Assembly (NCBI RefSeq): GCF_002854065.1
Contig: NZ_CP024147.1
Source: Escherichia coli
GTDB taxonomy: Bacteria; Pseudomonadota; Gammaproteobacteria; Enterobacterales; Enterobacteriaceae
DNA length: 64,000 bases
Reading direction: 5' to 3' (one strand)
This document shows, piece by piece, positions 33,360-46,040 of this stretch (position 1 is the first letter of the stretch; the number at the start of each line of letters is the position of its first letter). The notes below the pieces were generated by a model, which saw nothing but the letters and a program-made list of their open reading frames with translations, was not told where the DNA came from and searched no databases. Made by a program: the position numbers and the translations under genes.

Positions 33360-34580
33360 TTAATTTTCCAGCAAATGCTGGAGCAAAATACCGTTGAGCA
33401 TGGCGCGTTTTACCAGCGCAAAAGCGCCGATTGCCGAGCGGTGATCCAGCTCAGAACGTACCACCGGCAGATTAGTACGAAACGCCTTCAGCGCCTGAGT
33501 ATTAATGCAGCTTTCAATAGCAGGGAGCAGCACTTTATCGGCTTCCGTGATTTCTCCGGCAATAACAATTTTTTGCGGGTTAAACAGGTTGATGGCAATG
33601 GCGATGGTTTTGCCCAGATGACGACCGACATACTCAATCACTTCCGAGGCCAGGCTATCGCCTTTGTTCGCGGCTTTGCAGATAGTTTTGATGGTGCAGT
33701 CGTCCAGCGGCACGCGGCTCTGGTAGCCCTGCTTTAACAGATTCAACACCCGTTGTTCAATAGCGGCGTTGGCAGCGATAGTTTCCAGGCAGCCAAAGTT
33801 GCCGCAGTGGCAGCGTTCACCCAGCGGTTCGACCTGAATATGGCCAATTTCACCGACGTTACCGTTGCGGCCAATAAAAATGCGCCCGTTAGAGATAATC
33901 CCGGCCCCGGTTCCGCGATGGACACGCACCAGAATGGAGTCTTCGCAATCCTGACTTGCACCGAAGTAGTGCTCCGCCAGCGCCAGACTACGGATATCGT
34001 GACCAACGAAACAGGTCACTTTAAAACGCTCTTCCAGTGCTTCTACCAGCCCCCAGTTTTCTACCTGAATATGCGGCATGTAATGAATTTTGCCGCTGTC
34101 CGGGTCAACAAGCCCTGGCAGGATAACGGAAATGGCGATCAGCTCGCGCAGTTTGCGCTGGTAGCTATCAATAAACTGAGCAATGGCATTCAGCAGGGCA
34201 TGTTCCAGCGTCTGCTGGGTACGTTCCGGCAGCGGGTAATGTTCTTCTGCCAGCACTTTGCTGCTGAGATCAAACAGAGTGATGGTGGCGTCATGACGAC
34301 CAAGCCGTACGCCGATTGCGTGGAAATTGCGGGTTTCGGTGACGATGGAGATAGCGCGGCGGCCCCCGGTGGAGGCCTGCTGATCAACTTCTTTGATCAG
34401 CCCGCGTTCGATAAGCTGACGCGTAATTTTGGTTACACTGGCGGGGGCAAGCTGGCTTTGCTCGGCAATCTGAATCCGCGAGATTGGCCCGTACTGGTCA
34501 ATCAGGCGATAAACCGCCGCGCTGTTAAGCTGTTTTACGAGATCAACATTACCTATCTGAGCTTGTCCGCCTGGTGTCAT
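33360..34580 (-). CDS. nagC: N-acetylglucosamine repressor (ROK family)
   Basis: 406-aa ORF with N-terminal HTH and ROK zinc motif (CHCGNFGCLE). Confidence 0.93.
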   Translation of the reverse strand: MTPGGQAQIGNVDLVKQLNSAAVYRLIDQYGPISRIQIAEQSQLAPASVTKITRQLIERGLIKEVDQQASTGGRRAISIVTETRNFHAIGVRLGRHDATITLFDLSSKVLAEEHYPLPERTQQTLEHALLNAIAQFIDSYQRKLRELIAISVILPGLVDPDSGKIHYMPHIQVENWGLVEALEERFKVTCFVGHDIRSLALAEHYFGASQDCEDSILVRVHRGTGAGIISNGRIFIGRNGNVGEIGHIQVEPLGERCHCGNFGCLETIAANAAIEQRVLNLLKQGYQSRVPLDDCTIKTICKAANKGDSLASEVIEYVGRHLGKTIAIAINLFNPQKIVIAGEITEADKVLLPAIESCINTQALKAFRTNLPVVRSELDHRSAIGAFALVKRAMLNGILLQHLLEN

Positions 34581-34588
34581 ACTTTCTC

Positions 34589-36597
<2,009 letters not shown>

Positions 36598-36687
36598 TAT
36601 TCACCTCAATAAGTAAAATGTAAGCCGTTGGCGGATTAGGCATCTTTAAGCGTAACCTGGATTTGCGCAGACAGGCGTCAATCCGAC

Positions 36688-36712
36688 CTGATTTTTTGAA
36701 TGATAAAATAAG
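36688..36712. promoter_or_regulatory. Candidate NagC operator in the nagE-nagB divergent control region
   Basis: ctgattttttgaatgataaaataag, an AT-rich dyad of the type bound by NagC. Confidence 0.45.
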
Positions 36713-36752
36713 TTTTCTGGTTTAGCCAGTAAAAGGGAGTGATGATAACGAT

Positions 36753-36776
36753 ATTTGGTGACAAAACTCACAAAAG
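36753..36776. promoter_or_regulatory. Candidate CRP binding site between the two NagC operators
   Basis: atttGGTGAcaaaacTCACAaaag approximates the TGTGA-N6-TCACA consensus. Confidence 0.45.
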
Positions 36777-36785
36777 ACACGCGTT

Positions 36786-36807
36786 TAATTTGCGATACGA
36801 ATTAAAT
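36786..36807. promoter_or_regulatory. Candidate NagC operator (nagE-proximal)
   Basis: ttaatttgcgatacgaattaaa, an AT-rich palindrome with central CG-rich core. Confidence 0.45.
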
Positions 36808-36929
36808 TTTCACACACTCTGTAGCAGATGATCTAACAATCTGATTACAGAACATCGGCAGTACAATTTGCAGCAAAATAAAAATACGGCTTTAAACGAG
36901 CCAAATAGGGTTCTCGTAGGGGGAATAAG

Positions 36930-38876
36930 ATGAATATTTTAGGTTTTTTCCAGCGACTCGGTAGGGCGTTACAGCTCCCTATCGCGGTGCTGCCGGTGGC
37001 GGCACTGTTGCTGCGATTCGGTCAGCCAGATTTACTTAACGTTGCGTTTATTGCCCAGGCGGGCGGTGCGATTTTTGATAACCTCGCATTAATCTTCGCC
37101 ATCGGTGTGGCATCCAGCTGGTCGAAAGACAGCGCAGGTGCGGCGGCGCTGGCGGGTGCGGTAGGTTACTTTGTGTTAACCAAAGCGATGGTGACCATCA
37201 ACCCAGAAATTAACATGGGTGTACTGGCGGGTATCATTACCGGTCTGGTTGGTGGCGCAGCCTATAACCGTTGGTCCGATATTAAACTGCCGGACTTCCT
37301 GAGCTTCTTCGGCGGCAAACGCTTTGTGCCGATCGCCACCGGCTTCTTCTGTCTGGTGCTGGCGGCCATTTTTGGTTACGTCTGGCCGCCGGTACAGCAC
37401 GCTATCCATGCAGGCGGCGAGTGGATCGTTTCTGCGGGCGCGCTGGGTTCCGGTATCTTTGGTTTCATCAACCGTCTGCTGATCCCAACCGGTCTGCATC
37501 AGGTGCTGAACACCATCGCCTGGTTCCAGATTGGTGAATTCACCAACGCGGCGGGTACGGTTTTCCACGGCGACATCAACCGTTTCTACGCTGGTGACGG
37601 CACCGCGGGGATGTTCATGTCCGGCTTCTTCCCGATCATGATGTTCGGTCTGCCGGGTGCGGCGCTGGCGATGTACTTCGCAGCACCGAAAGAGCGTCGT
37701 CCGATGGTTGGCGGGATGCTGCTTTCTGTTGCTGTTACTGCGTTCCTGACCGGTGTGACTGAGCCGCTGGAATTCCTGTTCATGTTCCTTGCTCCGCTGC
37801 TGTACCTCCTGCACGCACTGCTGACCGGTATCAGCCTGTTTGTGGCAACGCTGCTGGGTATCCATGCTGGCTTCTCTTTCTCTGCGGGGGCTATCGACTA
37901 CGCGTTGATGTATAACCTGCCGGCCGCCAGCCAGAACGTCTGGATGCTGCTGGTTATGGGGGTTGTCTTCTTCGCTATCTACTTCGTGGTGTTCAGTTTG
38001 GTTATCCGCATGTTCAACCTGAAAACGCCGGGTCGTGAAGATAAAGAAGACGAGATCGTTACTGAAGAAGCCAACAGCAACACTGAAGAAGGCCTCAATC
38101 AACTGGCGACCAACTATATTGCTGCGGTTGGCGGCACTGACAACCTGAAAGCAATTGACGCCTGTATCACCCGTCTGCGCCTTACAGTGGCTGACTCTGC
38201 CCGCGTTAACGATACGATGTGTAAACGTCTGGGTGCTTCTGGTGTAGTAAAACTGAACAAACAGACTATTCAGGTGATTGTTGGCGCGAAAGCAGAATCC
38301 ATCGGCGATGCGATGAAGAAAGTCGTTGCCCGTGGCCCGGTAGCAGCTGCCTCTGCTGAAGCAACTCCGGCAACTACCGCTCCTGTAGCAAAACCGCAGG
38401 CTGTACCAAACGCGGTATCTATCGCGGAGCTGGTATCGCCGATTACCGGTGATGTCGTGGCACTGGATCAGGTTCCTGACGAAGCATTCGCCAGCAAAGC
38501 GGTGGGTGACGGTGTGGCGGTGAAACCGACAGATAAAATCGTCGTATCACCAGCCGCAGGGACAATCGTGAAAATCTTCAACACCAACCACGCGTTCTGT
38601 CTGGAAACCGATAAAGGCGCGGAGATCGTCGTCCATATGGGTATCGACACCGTAGCGCTGGAAGGTAAAGGCTTTAAACGTCTGGTGGAAGAGGGCGCGC
38701 AGGTAAGCGCAGGACAACCGATTCTGGAAATGGATCTGGATTACCTGAACGCTAACGCCCGTTCGATGATTAGCCCGGTGGTTTGCAGCAATATCGACGA
38801 TTTCAGCGGCCTTATCATTAAAGCTCAGGGGCATGTTGTGGCGGGTCAAACGCCGCTGTATGAAATCAAAAAGTAA
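36930..38876 (+). CDS. nagE: PTS N-acetylglucosamine-specific EIICBA
   Basis: 648-aa ORF: polytopic EIIC, EIIB cysteine motif (CITRLRL), C-terminal EIIA domain. Confidence 0.94.
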   Translation: MNILGFFQRLGRALQLPIAVLPVAALLLRFGQPDLLNVAFIAQAGGAIFDNLALIFAIGVASSWSKDSAGAAALAGAVGYFVLTKAMVTINPEINMGVLAGIITGLVGGAAYNRWSDIKLPDFLSFFGGKRFVPIATGFFCLVLAAIFGYVWPPVQHAIHAGGEWIVSAGALGSGIFGFINRLLIPTGLHQVLNTIAWFQIGEFTNAAGTVFHGDINRFYAGDGTAGMFMSGFFPIMMFGLPGAALAMYFAAPKERRPMVGGMLLSVAVTAFLTGVTEPLEFLFMFLAPLLYLLHALLTGISLFVATLLGIHAGFSFSAGAIDYALMYNLPAASQNVWMLLVMGVVFFAIYFVVFSLVIRMFNLKTPGREDKEDEIVTEEANSNTEEGLNQLATNYIAAVGGTDNLKAIDACITRLRLTVADSARVNDTMCKRLGASGVVKLNKQTIQVIVGAKAESIGDAMKKVVARGPVAAASAEATPATTAPVAKPQAVPNAVSIAELVSPITGDVVALDQVPDEAFASKAVGDGVAVKPTDKIVVSPAAGTIVKIFNTNHAFCLETDKGAEIVVHMGIDTVALEGKGFKRLVEEGAQVSAGQPILEMDLDYLNANARSMISPVVCSNIDDFSGLIIKAQGHVVAGQTPLYEIKK

Positions 38877-38880
38877 TCTG

Positions 38881-38975
38881 CTTTATGCCTGATGCGACGC
38901 TTGACGCGTCTTATCAGGCCTACAAAAGCTCAGTCCAGGTTGGATAAGACGCTTAAGCGTCGCATCCAACAATGA
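38881..38975. repeat. REP/BIME elements downstream of nagE
   Basis: gcctgatgcgacgc...gtcttatcaggcctac and ggataagacgcttaagcgtcgcatcc palindromes. Confidence 0.6.
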
Positions 38976-39143
38976 CGCAGGACTGGCAAAAGCGGTGGAG
39001 ATCTTCTCTGCCGCTTTTTTTTTCATCAATCATCCCCATAATCCTTGTTAGATTATCAATTTTAAAAAACTAACAGTTGTCAGCCTGTCCCGCTTATAAG
39101 ATCATACGCCGTTATACGTTGTTTACGCTTTGAGGAATCCACG

Positions 39144-40808
39144 ATGAGTGAGGCAGAAGCCCGCCCGACTAACTTTATTCGTCAGATCATCGATGAAGAT
39201 CTGGCCAGTGGTAAGCACACCACAGTACACACCCGTTTTCCGCCGGAGCCGAATGGCTATCTGCATATCGGTCATGCGAAATCTATCTGCCTGAACTTCG
39301 GGATCGCCCAGGACTATAAAGGCCAGTGCAACCTGCGTTTCGACGACACTAACCCGGTAAAAGAAGATATCGAGTATGTCGATTCGATCAAAAACGACGT
39401 AGAGTGGTTAGGTTTTCACTGGTCTGGTAACGTCCGTTACTCCTCCGATTATTTTGATCAGCTCCACGCCTATGCGATCGAACTGATCAATAAAGGCCTG
39501 GCGTACGTTGATGAACTGACGCCGGAACAGATCCGCGAATACCGCGGCACCCTGACGCAGCCGGGTAAAAACAGCCCGTACCGCGACCGTAGCGTTGAAG
39601 AGAACCTGGCGCTGTTCGAGAAAATGCGTACCGGCGGTTTTGAAGAAGGTAAAGCCTGCCTGCGTGCGAAAATCGACATGGCTTCACCGTTTATCGTGAT
39701 GCGCGATCCGGTGCTGTACCGCATTAAATTTGCTGAACACCACCAGACTGGCAACAAGTGGTGCATCTACCCGATGTACGACTTCACCCACTGCATCAGC
39801 GATGCCCTGGAAGGTATTACGCACTCTCTGTGTACGCTTGAGTTCCAGGATAACCGTCGTCTGTACGACTGGGTACTGGACAACATCACCATTCCTGTTC
39901 ACCCGCGCCAATACGAATTCTCGCGCCTGAATCTGGAATACACTGTGATGTCCAAGCGTAAGCTGAACCTGCTGGTGACCGATAAGCACGTTGAAGGCTG
40001 GGATGACCCGCGTATGCCGACCATTTCCGGTCTGCGTCGTCGTGGTTACACTGCGGCTTCTATTCGTGAGTTCTGCAAACGCATCGGCGTGACCAAGCAG
40101 GACAACACCATTGAGATGGCGTCGCTGGAATCCTGCATCCGTGAAGATCTCAACGAAAACGCCCCGCGCGCAATGGCGGTTATCGATCCGGTGAAACTGG
40201 TTATCGAAAACTATCAGGGCGAAGGCGAAATGGTTACCATGCCGAACCATCCGAACAAACCGGAAATGGGGAGCCGTCAGGTGCCGTTTAGCGGTGAGAT
40301 TTGGATCGATCGCGCCGATTTCCGCGAAGAAGCTAACAAGCAGTACAAACGTCTGGTGCTCGGTAAAGAAGTGCGTCTGCGTAATGCTTATGTGATTAAG
40401 GCAGAACGCGTCGAGAAAGATGCCGAAGGTAATATCACCACCATCTTCTGTACTTATGACGCCGACACCTTAAGCAAAGATCCGGCAGATGGTCGTAAAG
40501 TCAAAGGTGTTATTCACTGGGTGAGCGCGGCACATGCGCTGCCGGTTGAAATCCGTTTGTATGATCGTCTGTTCAGCGTGCCTAACCCAGGTGCTGCGGA
40601 TGATTTCCTGTCGGTGATTAACCCGGAATCGCTGGTGATCAAACAGGGCTTTGCTGAACCGTCGCTGAAAGATGCGGTAGCGGGTAAAGCATTCCAGTTT
40701 GAGCGTGAAGGTTACTTCTGCCTCGACAGCCGCCATTCCACTGCCGAAAAACCGGTATTTAACCGCACCGTTGGGCTGCGTGATACCTGGGCGAAAGTTG
40801 GCGAGTAA
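39144..40808 (+). CDS. glnS: Glutaminyl-tRNA synthetase
   Basis: 554-aa ORF with class I HIGH motif (YLHIGHAKS) and VMSKR (KMSKS-type). Confidence 0.95.
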   Translation: MSEAEARPTNFIRQIIDEDLASGKHTTVHTRFPPEPNGYLHIGHAKSICLNFGIAQDYKGQCNLRFDDTNPVKEDIEYVDSIKNDVEWLGFHWSGNVRYSSDYFDQLHAYAIELINKGLAYVDELTPEQIREYRGTLTQPGKNSPYRDRSVEENLALFEKMRTGGFEEGKACLRAKIDMASPFIVMRDPVLYRIKFAEHHQTGNKWCIYPMYDFTHCISDALEGITHSLCTLEFQDNRRLYDWVLDNITIPVHPRQYEFSRLNLEYTVMSKRKLNLLVTDKHVEGWDDPRMPTISGLRRRGYTAASIREFCKRIGVTKQDNTIEMASLESCIREDLNENAPRAMAVIDPVKLVIENYQGEGEMVTMPNHPNKPEMGSRQVPFSGEIWIDRADFREEANKQYKRLVLGKEVRLRNAYVIKAERVEKDAEGNITTIFCTYDADTLSKDPADGRKVKGVIHWVSAAHALPVEIRLYDRLFSVPNPGAADDFLSVINPESLVIKQGFAEPSLKDAVAGKAFQFEREGYFCLDSRHSTAEKPVFNRTVGLRDTWAKVGE

Positions 40809-40822
40809 TTTTAAGTTTTACC

Positions 40823-40997
40823 TGGCCGGGTGAAGCGTTTACGTCGCATCCGGCAAGGAACAGACAAACAGTTTCAAACGCTAAATTGCCTGATGCGCTA
40901 CGCTTATCAGGCCTACATGATCTCTGCAATATATTGAGTTTGCGTGCTTTTGTAGGCCGGATAAGGCGTTCACGCCGCATCCGGCAAGAAACATGCA
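40823..40997. repeat. BIME cluster of three REP units downstream of glnS
   Basis: Three REP-like palindromes (e.g. tgtaggccggataaggcgttcacgccgcatccggcaag). Confidence 0.7.
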
Positions 40998-41006
40998 AAC
41001 AATCCC

Positions 41007-41034
41007 AAACGCCGCGGTCTGCGGCGTTTTTTCT
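41007..41034 (+). terminator. Intrinsic terminator after glnS
   Basis: Hairpin aaacgccgc-ggtc-tgcggcg followed by ttttttctgctttt. Confidence 0.65.
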
Positions 41035-41387
41035 GCTTTTCTTCGCGAATTAATTCCGCTTCGCAATTTATCCATAAAATAAATTTAAAATAACAAAACA
41101 TAATTAAATAAAATATAACCGCTTTCATCTTGCTGGAAATTCACGCTTTTATTCTTCTGCAAGCCTTTCAACCGCAAACTTAAGCCTTGTAACAAAAATC
41201 ATCAAAATATGTGCGGTTGCTCATGTTCTTACATTCTGGTTACAGAAAGAGATTGATAATTCGCGTCGCGAAAAATAGTCTGTTCCTGTAGTCAGCGAGA
41301 CTTTTCTCAACGCTACTTTTTTAATTTTTATTTTTTTTCGCTGTTCACCTTTGGTGCAGCAATTTATACGTCAAAGAGGATTAACCC

Positions 41388-42794
41388 ATGCGTACGTTTA
41401 GTGGCAAACGTAGTACGCTGGCGCTGGCTATCGCCGGTGTTACAGCAATGTCGGGCTTTATGGCAATGCCGGAGGCTCGCGCCGAAGGATTCATCGACGA
41501 TTCAACCTTAACCGGCGGTATATATTACTGGCAGCGTGAACGCGACCGTAAAGATGTTACCGACGGCGACAAATACAAAACCAACCTTTCTCACTCCACC
41601 TGGAATGCCAACCTCGATTTTCAGTCCGGTTATGCTGCTGATATGTTCGGCCTTGATATTGCTGCGTTTACGGCGATTGAAATGGCGGAAAACGGCGACA
41701 GCTCTCACCCGAACGAAATCGCGTTTTCAAAAAGTAATAAAGCCTATGACGAAGACTGGTCCGGCGACAAAAGCGGTATAAGCCTGTATAAAGCTGCGGC
41801 CAAATTTAAATACGGTCCGGTTTGGGCGAGGGCAGGTTATATTCAGCCAACCGGTCAGACGCTGTTAGCGCCTCACTGGAGCTTTATGCCGGGTACTTAT
41901 CAGGGTGCGGAAGCCGGAGCGAATTTTGATTACGGCGATGCTGGTGCGTTGAGTTTCTCCTACATGTGGACCAACGAATACAAAGCACCGTGGCATCTGG
42001 AAATGGATGAGTTTTATCAGAACGATAAAACCACCAAAGTTGATTATCTGCACTCCCTTGGGGCGAAATACGACTTCAAAAATAACTTCATACTGGAAGC
42101 GGCATTTGGTCAGGCGGAAGGGTATATCGATCAATATTTTGCCAAAGCCAGCTACAAATTTGATATCGCCGGTAGCCCGTTAACCACCAGCTACCAGTTC
42201 TACGGTACGCGCGATAAAGTTGACGATCGCAGCGTCAACGATCTTTATGACGGCACCGCCTGGCTGCAAGCGTTGACCTTTGGTTACCGGGCGGCTGACG
42301 TAGTGGATTTGCGCCTCGAAGGCACCTGGGTTAAGGCTGAAGGTCAGCAGGGATACTTCCTGCAACGTATGACTCCAACCTACGCTTCCTCCAACGGCCG
42401 CCTGGATATCTGGTGGGATAACCGTTCCGACTTCAACGCTAACGGCGAAAAAGCGGTCTTCTTCGGTGCGATGTATGACCTGAAAAACTGGAATCTTCCA
42501 GGCTTCGCCATCGGCGCTTCCTACGTTTACGCATGGGATGCAAAACCTGCGACCTGGCAGAGCAATCCGGATGCGTACTACGACAAGAACCGGACTATTG
42601 AAGAATCTGCATACAGCCTGGATGCGGTCTACACCATTCAGGATGGCCGCGCCAAGGGCACGATGTTCAAATTGCACTTCACCGAATACGACAACCACTC
42701 CGACATCCCAAGCTGGGGCGGTGGTTACGGCAACATCTTCCAGGATGAGCGTGACGTGAAATTTATGGTAATCGCACCATTCACCATCTTCTGA
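41388..42794 (+). CDS. chiP: Chitooligosaccharide-specific outer-membrane porin
   Basis: 468-aa ORF with signal peptide and C-terminal aromatic beta-barrel terminus (FTIF); followed by chiQ. Confidence 0.9.
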   Translation: MRTFSGKRSTLALAIAGVTAMSGFMAMPEARAEGFIDDSTLTGGIYYWQRERDRKDVTDGDKYKTNLSHSTWNANLDFQSGYAADMFGLDIAAFTAIEMAENGDSSHPNEIAFSKSNKAYDEDWSGDKSGISLYKAAAKFKYGPVWARAGYIQPTGQTLLAPHWSFMPGTYQGAEAGANFDYGDAGALSFSYMWTNEYKAPWHLEMDEFYQNDKTTKVDYLHSLGAKYDFKNNFILEAAFGQAEGYIDQYFAKASYKFDIAGSPLTTSYQFYGTRDKVDDRSVNDLYDGTAWLQALTFGYRAADVVDLRLEGTWVKAEGQQGYFLQRMTPTYASSNGRLDIWWDNRSDFNANGEKAVFFGAMYDLKNWNLPGFAIGASYVYAWDAKPATWQSNPDAYYDKNRTIEESAYSLDAVYTIQDGRAKGTMFKLHFTEYDNHSDIPSWGGGYGNIFQDERDVKFMVIAPFTIF

Positions 42795-42843
42795 TGCCCG
42801 ACGCGGCAGGTTTTGTGCCTGCCGCACATTTGAGGAATTTGCT

Positions 42844-43170
42844 ATGAAAAAACTGATTCTCATCGCCATGATGGCATCGGGGCTGGTGGCTTGTGCGCAA
42901 TCAACCGCGCCACAGGAAGACAGCCGTCTGAAAGAGGCATACAGCGCCTGTATCAACACCGCACAAGGTTCGCCAGAAAAAATTGAAGCCTGCCAGAGCG
43001 TGTTAAACGTGCTGAAGAAAGAGAAACAACATCAGCAGTTTGCCGACCAGGAAAGTGTACGCGTACTGGATTATCAGCAGTGTCTGCGTGCAACGCAAAC
43101 CGGAAATGATCAGGCGGTGAAAGCCGATTGTGATAAGGTCTGGCAGGAAATTCGCAGTAATAACAAATAA
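42844..43170 (+). CDS. chiQ: Small lipoprotein ChiQ
   Basis: 108-aa ORF with lipobox LVAC after a signal peptide; co-oriented 49 bp after chiP. Confidence 0.85.
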   Translation: MKKLILIAMMASGLVACAQSTAPQEDSRLKEAYSACINTAQGSPEKIEACQSVLNVLKKEKQHQQFADQESVRVLDYQQCLRATQTGNDQAVKADCDKVWQEIRSNNK

Positions 43171-43200
43171 GTGAGAGCTGTAACTCTCGCTTTTCTTATT
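43171..43200 (+). terminator. Intrinsic terminator after chiQ
   Basis: Hairpin gagag-ctgtaa-ctctc followed by T-rich tract. Confidence 0.5.
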
Positions 43201-43210
43201 TCCCTTGCAT

Positions 43211-43240
43211 AAAAAAGCCAACCTACAGGTTGGCTTTTCT
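43211..43240. terminator. Bidirectional terminator between chiQ and fur
   Basis: A-run, agccaacc-taca-ggttggct hairpin, T-run; serves fur on the minus strand. Confidence 0.7.
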
Positions 43241-43253
43241 CGTTCAGACTGGC

Positions 43254-43700
43254 TTATTTGCCTTCGTGCGCGTGCTCATCTTCGCGGCAATCGCCTTCGG
43301 CACAGTGACCGTAAAGATAGAGACTGTGGTTAGTCAGGCGAATGCCATGTTTTGCGGCAATTTCACGCTGACGCGCTTCGATGGAATCATCACTAAATTC
43401 GATAACCTTGCCGCAGTCGAGGCAGATCAGGTGATCGTGGTGATGTTGCTGTGTCAGTTCAAATACGGATTTACCGCCTTCAAAATTGTGGCGGGTGACG
43501 ATACCAGCGTCGTCAAACTGGTTCAGTACGCGATATACCGTAGCCAGACCAATTTCTTCACCCATATCGATCAGACGTTTGTATAAATCTTCCGCACTGA
43601 CGTGATGGTTGTCCGGCTCCTGAAGGACTTCCAGGATTTTTAAACGAGGAAGCGTTACTTTCAGGCCAGCTTTCTTTAGGGCGGTATTGTTATCAGTCAT
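43254..43700 (-). CDS. fur: Ferric uptake regulator
   Basis: 148-aa ORF with Fur metal-binding motifs (HHHDHLICLDCGKVIEF ... HSLYLYGHC). Confidence 0.95.
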   Translation of the reverse strand: MTDNNTALKKAGLKVTLPRLKILEVLQEPDNHHVSAEDLYKRLIDMGEEIGLATVYRVLNQFDDAGIVTRHNFEGGKSVFELTQQHHHDHLICLDCGKVIEFSDDSIEARQREIAAKHGIRLTNHSLYLYGHCAEGDCREDEHAHEGK

Positions 43701-43779
43701 GCGGAATCTGTCCTGTTACTAAGCGGTTCACTTCATTAGAAGAAGTGACAGAATTTGCTCTTGAGATAATGCGTATCAT
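43693..43779 (-). CDS. uof: uof leader peptide (28 codons) translationally coupled to fur
   Basis: Minus-strand ORF MIRIISRANSVTSSNEVNRLVTGQIPHD whose stop overlaps the fur start; matches the described upstream-of-fur ORF. Confidence 0.55.
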   Translation of the reverse strand: MIRIISRANSVTSSNEVNRLVTGQIPHD

Positions 43780-43783
43780 TATA
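43765..43783. promoter_or_regulatory. Fur-box-like sequence at the uof/fur leader
   Basis: Minus-strand TATAATGATACGCATTATC matches about 16 of 19 positions of GATAATGATAATCATTATC; overlaps the uof start codon and a TATAAT hexamer. Confidence 0.45.
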
Positions 43784-43988
43784 GAATTGCCACGCCTAAA
43801 TGAAAACCACAAGTCCCTGGCAAATATTGTTAATAAAAACGTGGCACAGCTTACATTTACAACGGCAAGGCCACTTGAACACCGGGACATTGTACAGGTA
43901 CAACAGCAAAAGTTACAAATTTGTAGCAATTATTTTGATTGGCATTATCTATTAATACGGCGTAGACATGAGTCTACGCCGCATCACA

Positions 43989-44519
43989 TCAGGCATTGAG
44001 AATTTCGTCGAGATGCAACTCTTCAGAAATCTGTTTAACCCATTTTTCTACACGTTCAGCGGTCAGTTCCGGCTGACGGTCTTCGTCGATAGCCAGACCG
44101 ACAAAGTGGTCGTCATCTGCCAGACCTTTTGATGCTTCGAAATGATAGCCCGCAGTTGGCCAGTGACCAACGATGGTTGCACCGCGCGGTTCAATGATGT
44201 CGCGGATGGTGCCCAATGCGTCGCAGAAATATTCGGCGTAATCTTCCTGGTCACCACAACCAAACAGCGCAACCAGTTTGCCATTGAAATCAATCTCTTC
44301 GAGAGTCGGGAAGAAGTCATCCCAGTCACACTGCGCTTCGCCGTAATACCAGGTTGGGATGCCCAGCAGCAGAATGTCATAAGCTTCCAGATCTTCTTTG
44401 CTGCTTTTTGCAATGTCATGGACATCGGCAACGTCTTTACCAAGCTGTTTTTGAATCATTTTTGCGATATTTTCGGTATTACCGGTGTCGCTGCCGAAAA
44501 AGATGCCAGTGATAGCCAT
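43989..44519 (-). CDS. fldA: Flavodoxin 1
   Basis: Start set at [16 protein letters not shown] (FMN-binding loop; 176 aa); the ORF track extends 39 codons upstream. Confidence 0.92.
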
Positions 44520-44658
44520 GAGTGAAATAACCTCTTGAAACTTATTGAAATGGGGGTGGAAAATTGCCCACGGATAAAGGCAATCATAGCAGAACAGGCA
44601 GTCTTGCGGAATCAGCAAACGAGCAGGACTGCACACTGTGCTACATGAAAGTGGAAAT

Positions 44659-44952
44659 TTAAACGATGCCCTGACTACGCAGCGCCGCCAGTTGCTGCAT
44701 TAACATCTCTTCGATCAGTTCGCTACGGCTCATATTGCGCGATTCCGCCAGCTCGTTCAGCGCCTCGACAGCTTCCGCGTTCAGCTTCAGTTCGACACGC
44801 TTAAGGCCACGTACTTTGTCGCGTTTTAGTTGGTTGCGTTTATTAATACGCAGCTGTTCATCGCGCGAAAGCGGATTAGTTTTCGGTCGTCCCGGTCGAC
44901 GCTCGTGCGCGAACAGATCTAATGTCGTACGGTCCGTTTGTTCTTTGGCCAT
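44659..44952 (-). CDS. ybfE: Small DNA-damage-inducible protein YbfE
   Basis: Start set at [14 protein letters not shown] (97 aa); the ORF track extends 23 codons upstream. Confidence 0.75.
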   Translation of the reverse strand: MAKEQTDRTTLDLFAHERRPGRPKTNPLSRDEQLRINKRNQLKRDKVRGLKRVELKLNAEAVEALNELAESRNMSRSELIEEMLMQQLAALRSQGIV

Positions 44953-45070
44953 GATCTTGGTGACTTCGGGGGAAACAATCAGCCAGGCCTCTGCCCGGAT
45001 GGATAGCGCGCCATAATACATCAGCGCGATGAGTCACGCCAACGCCCACGCGCGGAAAGCGACGCGGACG

Positions 45071-45086
45071 CTGGGTTTTTAATCAG
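45071..45086. promoter_or_regulatory. Candidate LexA (SOS) box upstream of ybfE
   Basis: ctgggtttttaatcag fits CTG-N10-CAG spacing, about 120 bp upstream of the chosen ybfE start. Confidence 0.3.
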
Positions 45087-45091
45087 TTGCG

Positions 45092-45856
45092 TTAATCATT
45101 GAGATAGCGACGGATAGCGCGTAATACCGCATCCGGTTTTTCAGCATGGACCCAGTGACCCGCGCCTGCAATCACATGCGCCCGTGCCTGTGGAAATTGT
45201 GCCAGTAAATCATCACGGTACTGCTCGCTAACATACGGAGAATTACCACCAGGGATAAACAGGGCAGGGTGATCCCATGCCGGGATTTTCTCCCAACCCA
45301 CAATATGCGGATACTGATCCCACAATACCGGCACGTTAAAGCGCCACTCCCCGTCAACAAAAGATTTCAACAGAAACTGAATCACCCCTTCTTCATTAAG
45401 ATGCTGGCGCATTATTGCTGCTGCTTGCTGGCGAGTTTGTGCGTCCGATTCACTGACCGCGTTGATAGCCGCGAAAATCTCATCATGACGGCGTACGTGA
45501 TAGTCGACCGGTGCGATATCGATCGCCACCAGTTTATCGATGCGATCGGGGGCCAGTGCAGTAAGTGCCATTACCGCTTTACCGCCCATGGAGTGACCGA
45601 TAAATGTTGCTTTGTCGATCTGCAGTGCATCCAGGGTATCAACAAGATCCTGCGCCATCGTCGGGTAATTCATTACCGGATCTCTCGGTGAAAGACCGTG
45701 GTTACGCATATCAACCTGGATGATATTGTGATCGTTTACCAGATCGCGAGCCAGTACGCCAAGGTTGTCGAGGCTGCCAAACAGACCATGGACAAGAACG
45801 ATGGGAGAATTATTGTGCTGGTTTTGTGCAGTTTGCGCGCGGATATTCAATTTCAT
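45092..45856 (-). CDS. ybfF: Alpha/beta-hydrolase esterase
   Basis: 254-aa ORF with nucleophile elbow GHSMGG. Confidence 0.9.
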   Translation of the reverse strand: MKLNIRAQTAQNQHNNSPIVLVHGLFGSLDNLGVLARDLVNDHNIIQVDMRNHGLSPRDPVMNYPTMAQDLVDTLDALQIDKATFIGHSMGGKAVMALTALAPDRIDKLVAIDIAPVDYHVRRHDEIFAAINAVSESDAQTRQQAAAIMRQHLNEEGVIQFLLKSFVDGEWRFNVPVLWDQYPHIVGWEKIPAWDHPALFIPGGNSPYVSEQYRDDLLAQFPQARAHVIAGAGHWVHAEKPDAVLRAIRRYLND

Positions 45857-46040
45857 GGCAAAGTTCTTTTTTTCGCGTTGTCGGGTTAGGGTATTATGTT
45901 GACCATTGTGCCACAGGGCTGCAACAAATAAGGTTTATTCCGAGTTTTTCTGCAAGCCAGGCTTGACGCTATCCGCTGCCGGGATTTATTCATATACTCC
46001 TGGCGACTTGTATTCAGCTAAGACACTGCACTGGATTAAG

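Noticed and set aside
37176-38102. 308-aa minus-strand ORF
   Set aside because: Antisense to nagE; His/Arg/Gln-rich translation reflects codon-mirror composition, not a real protein.
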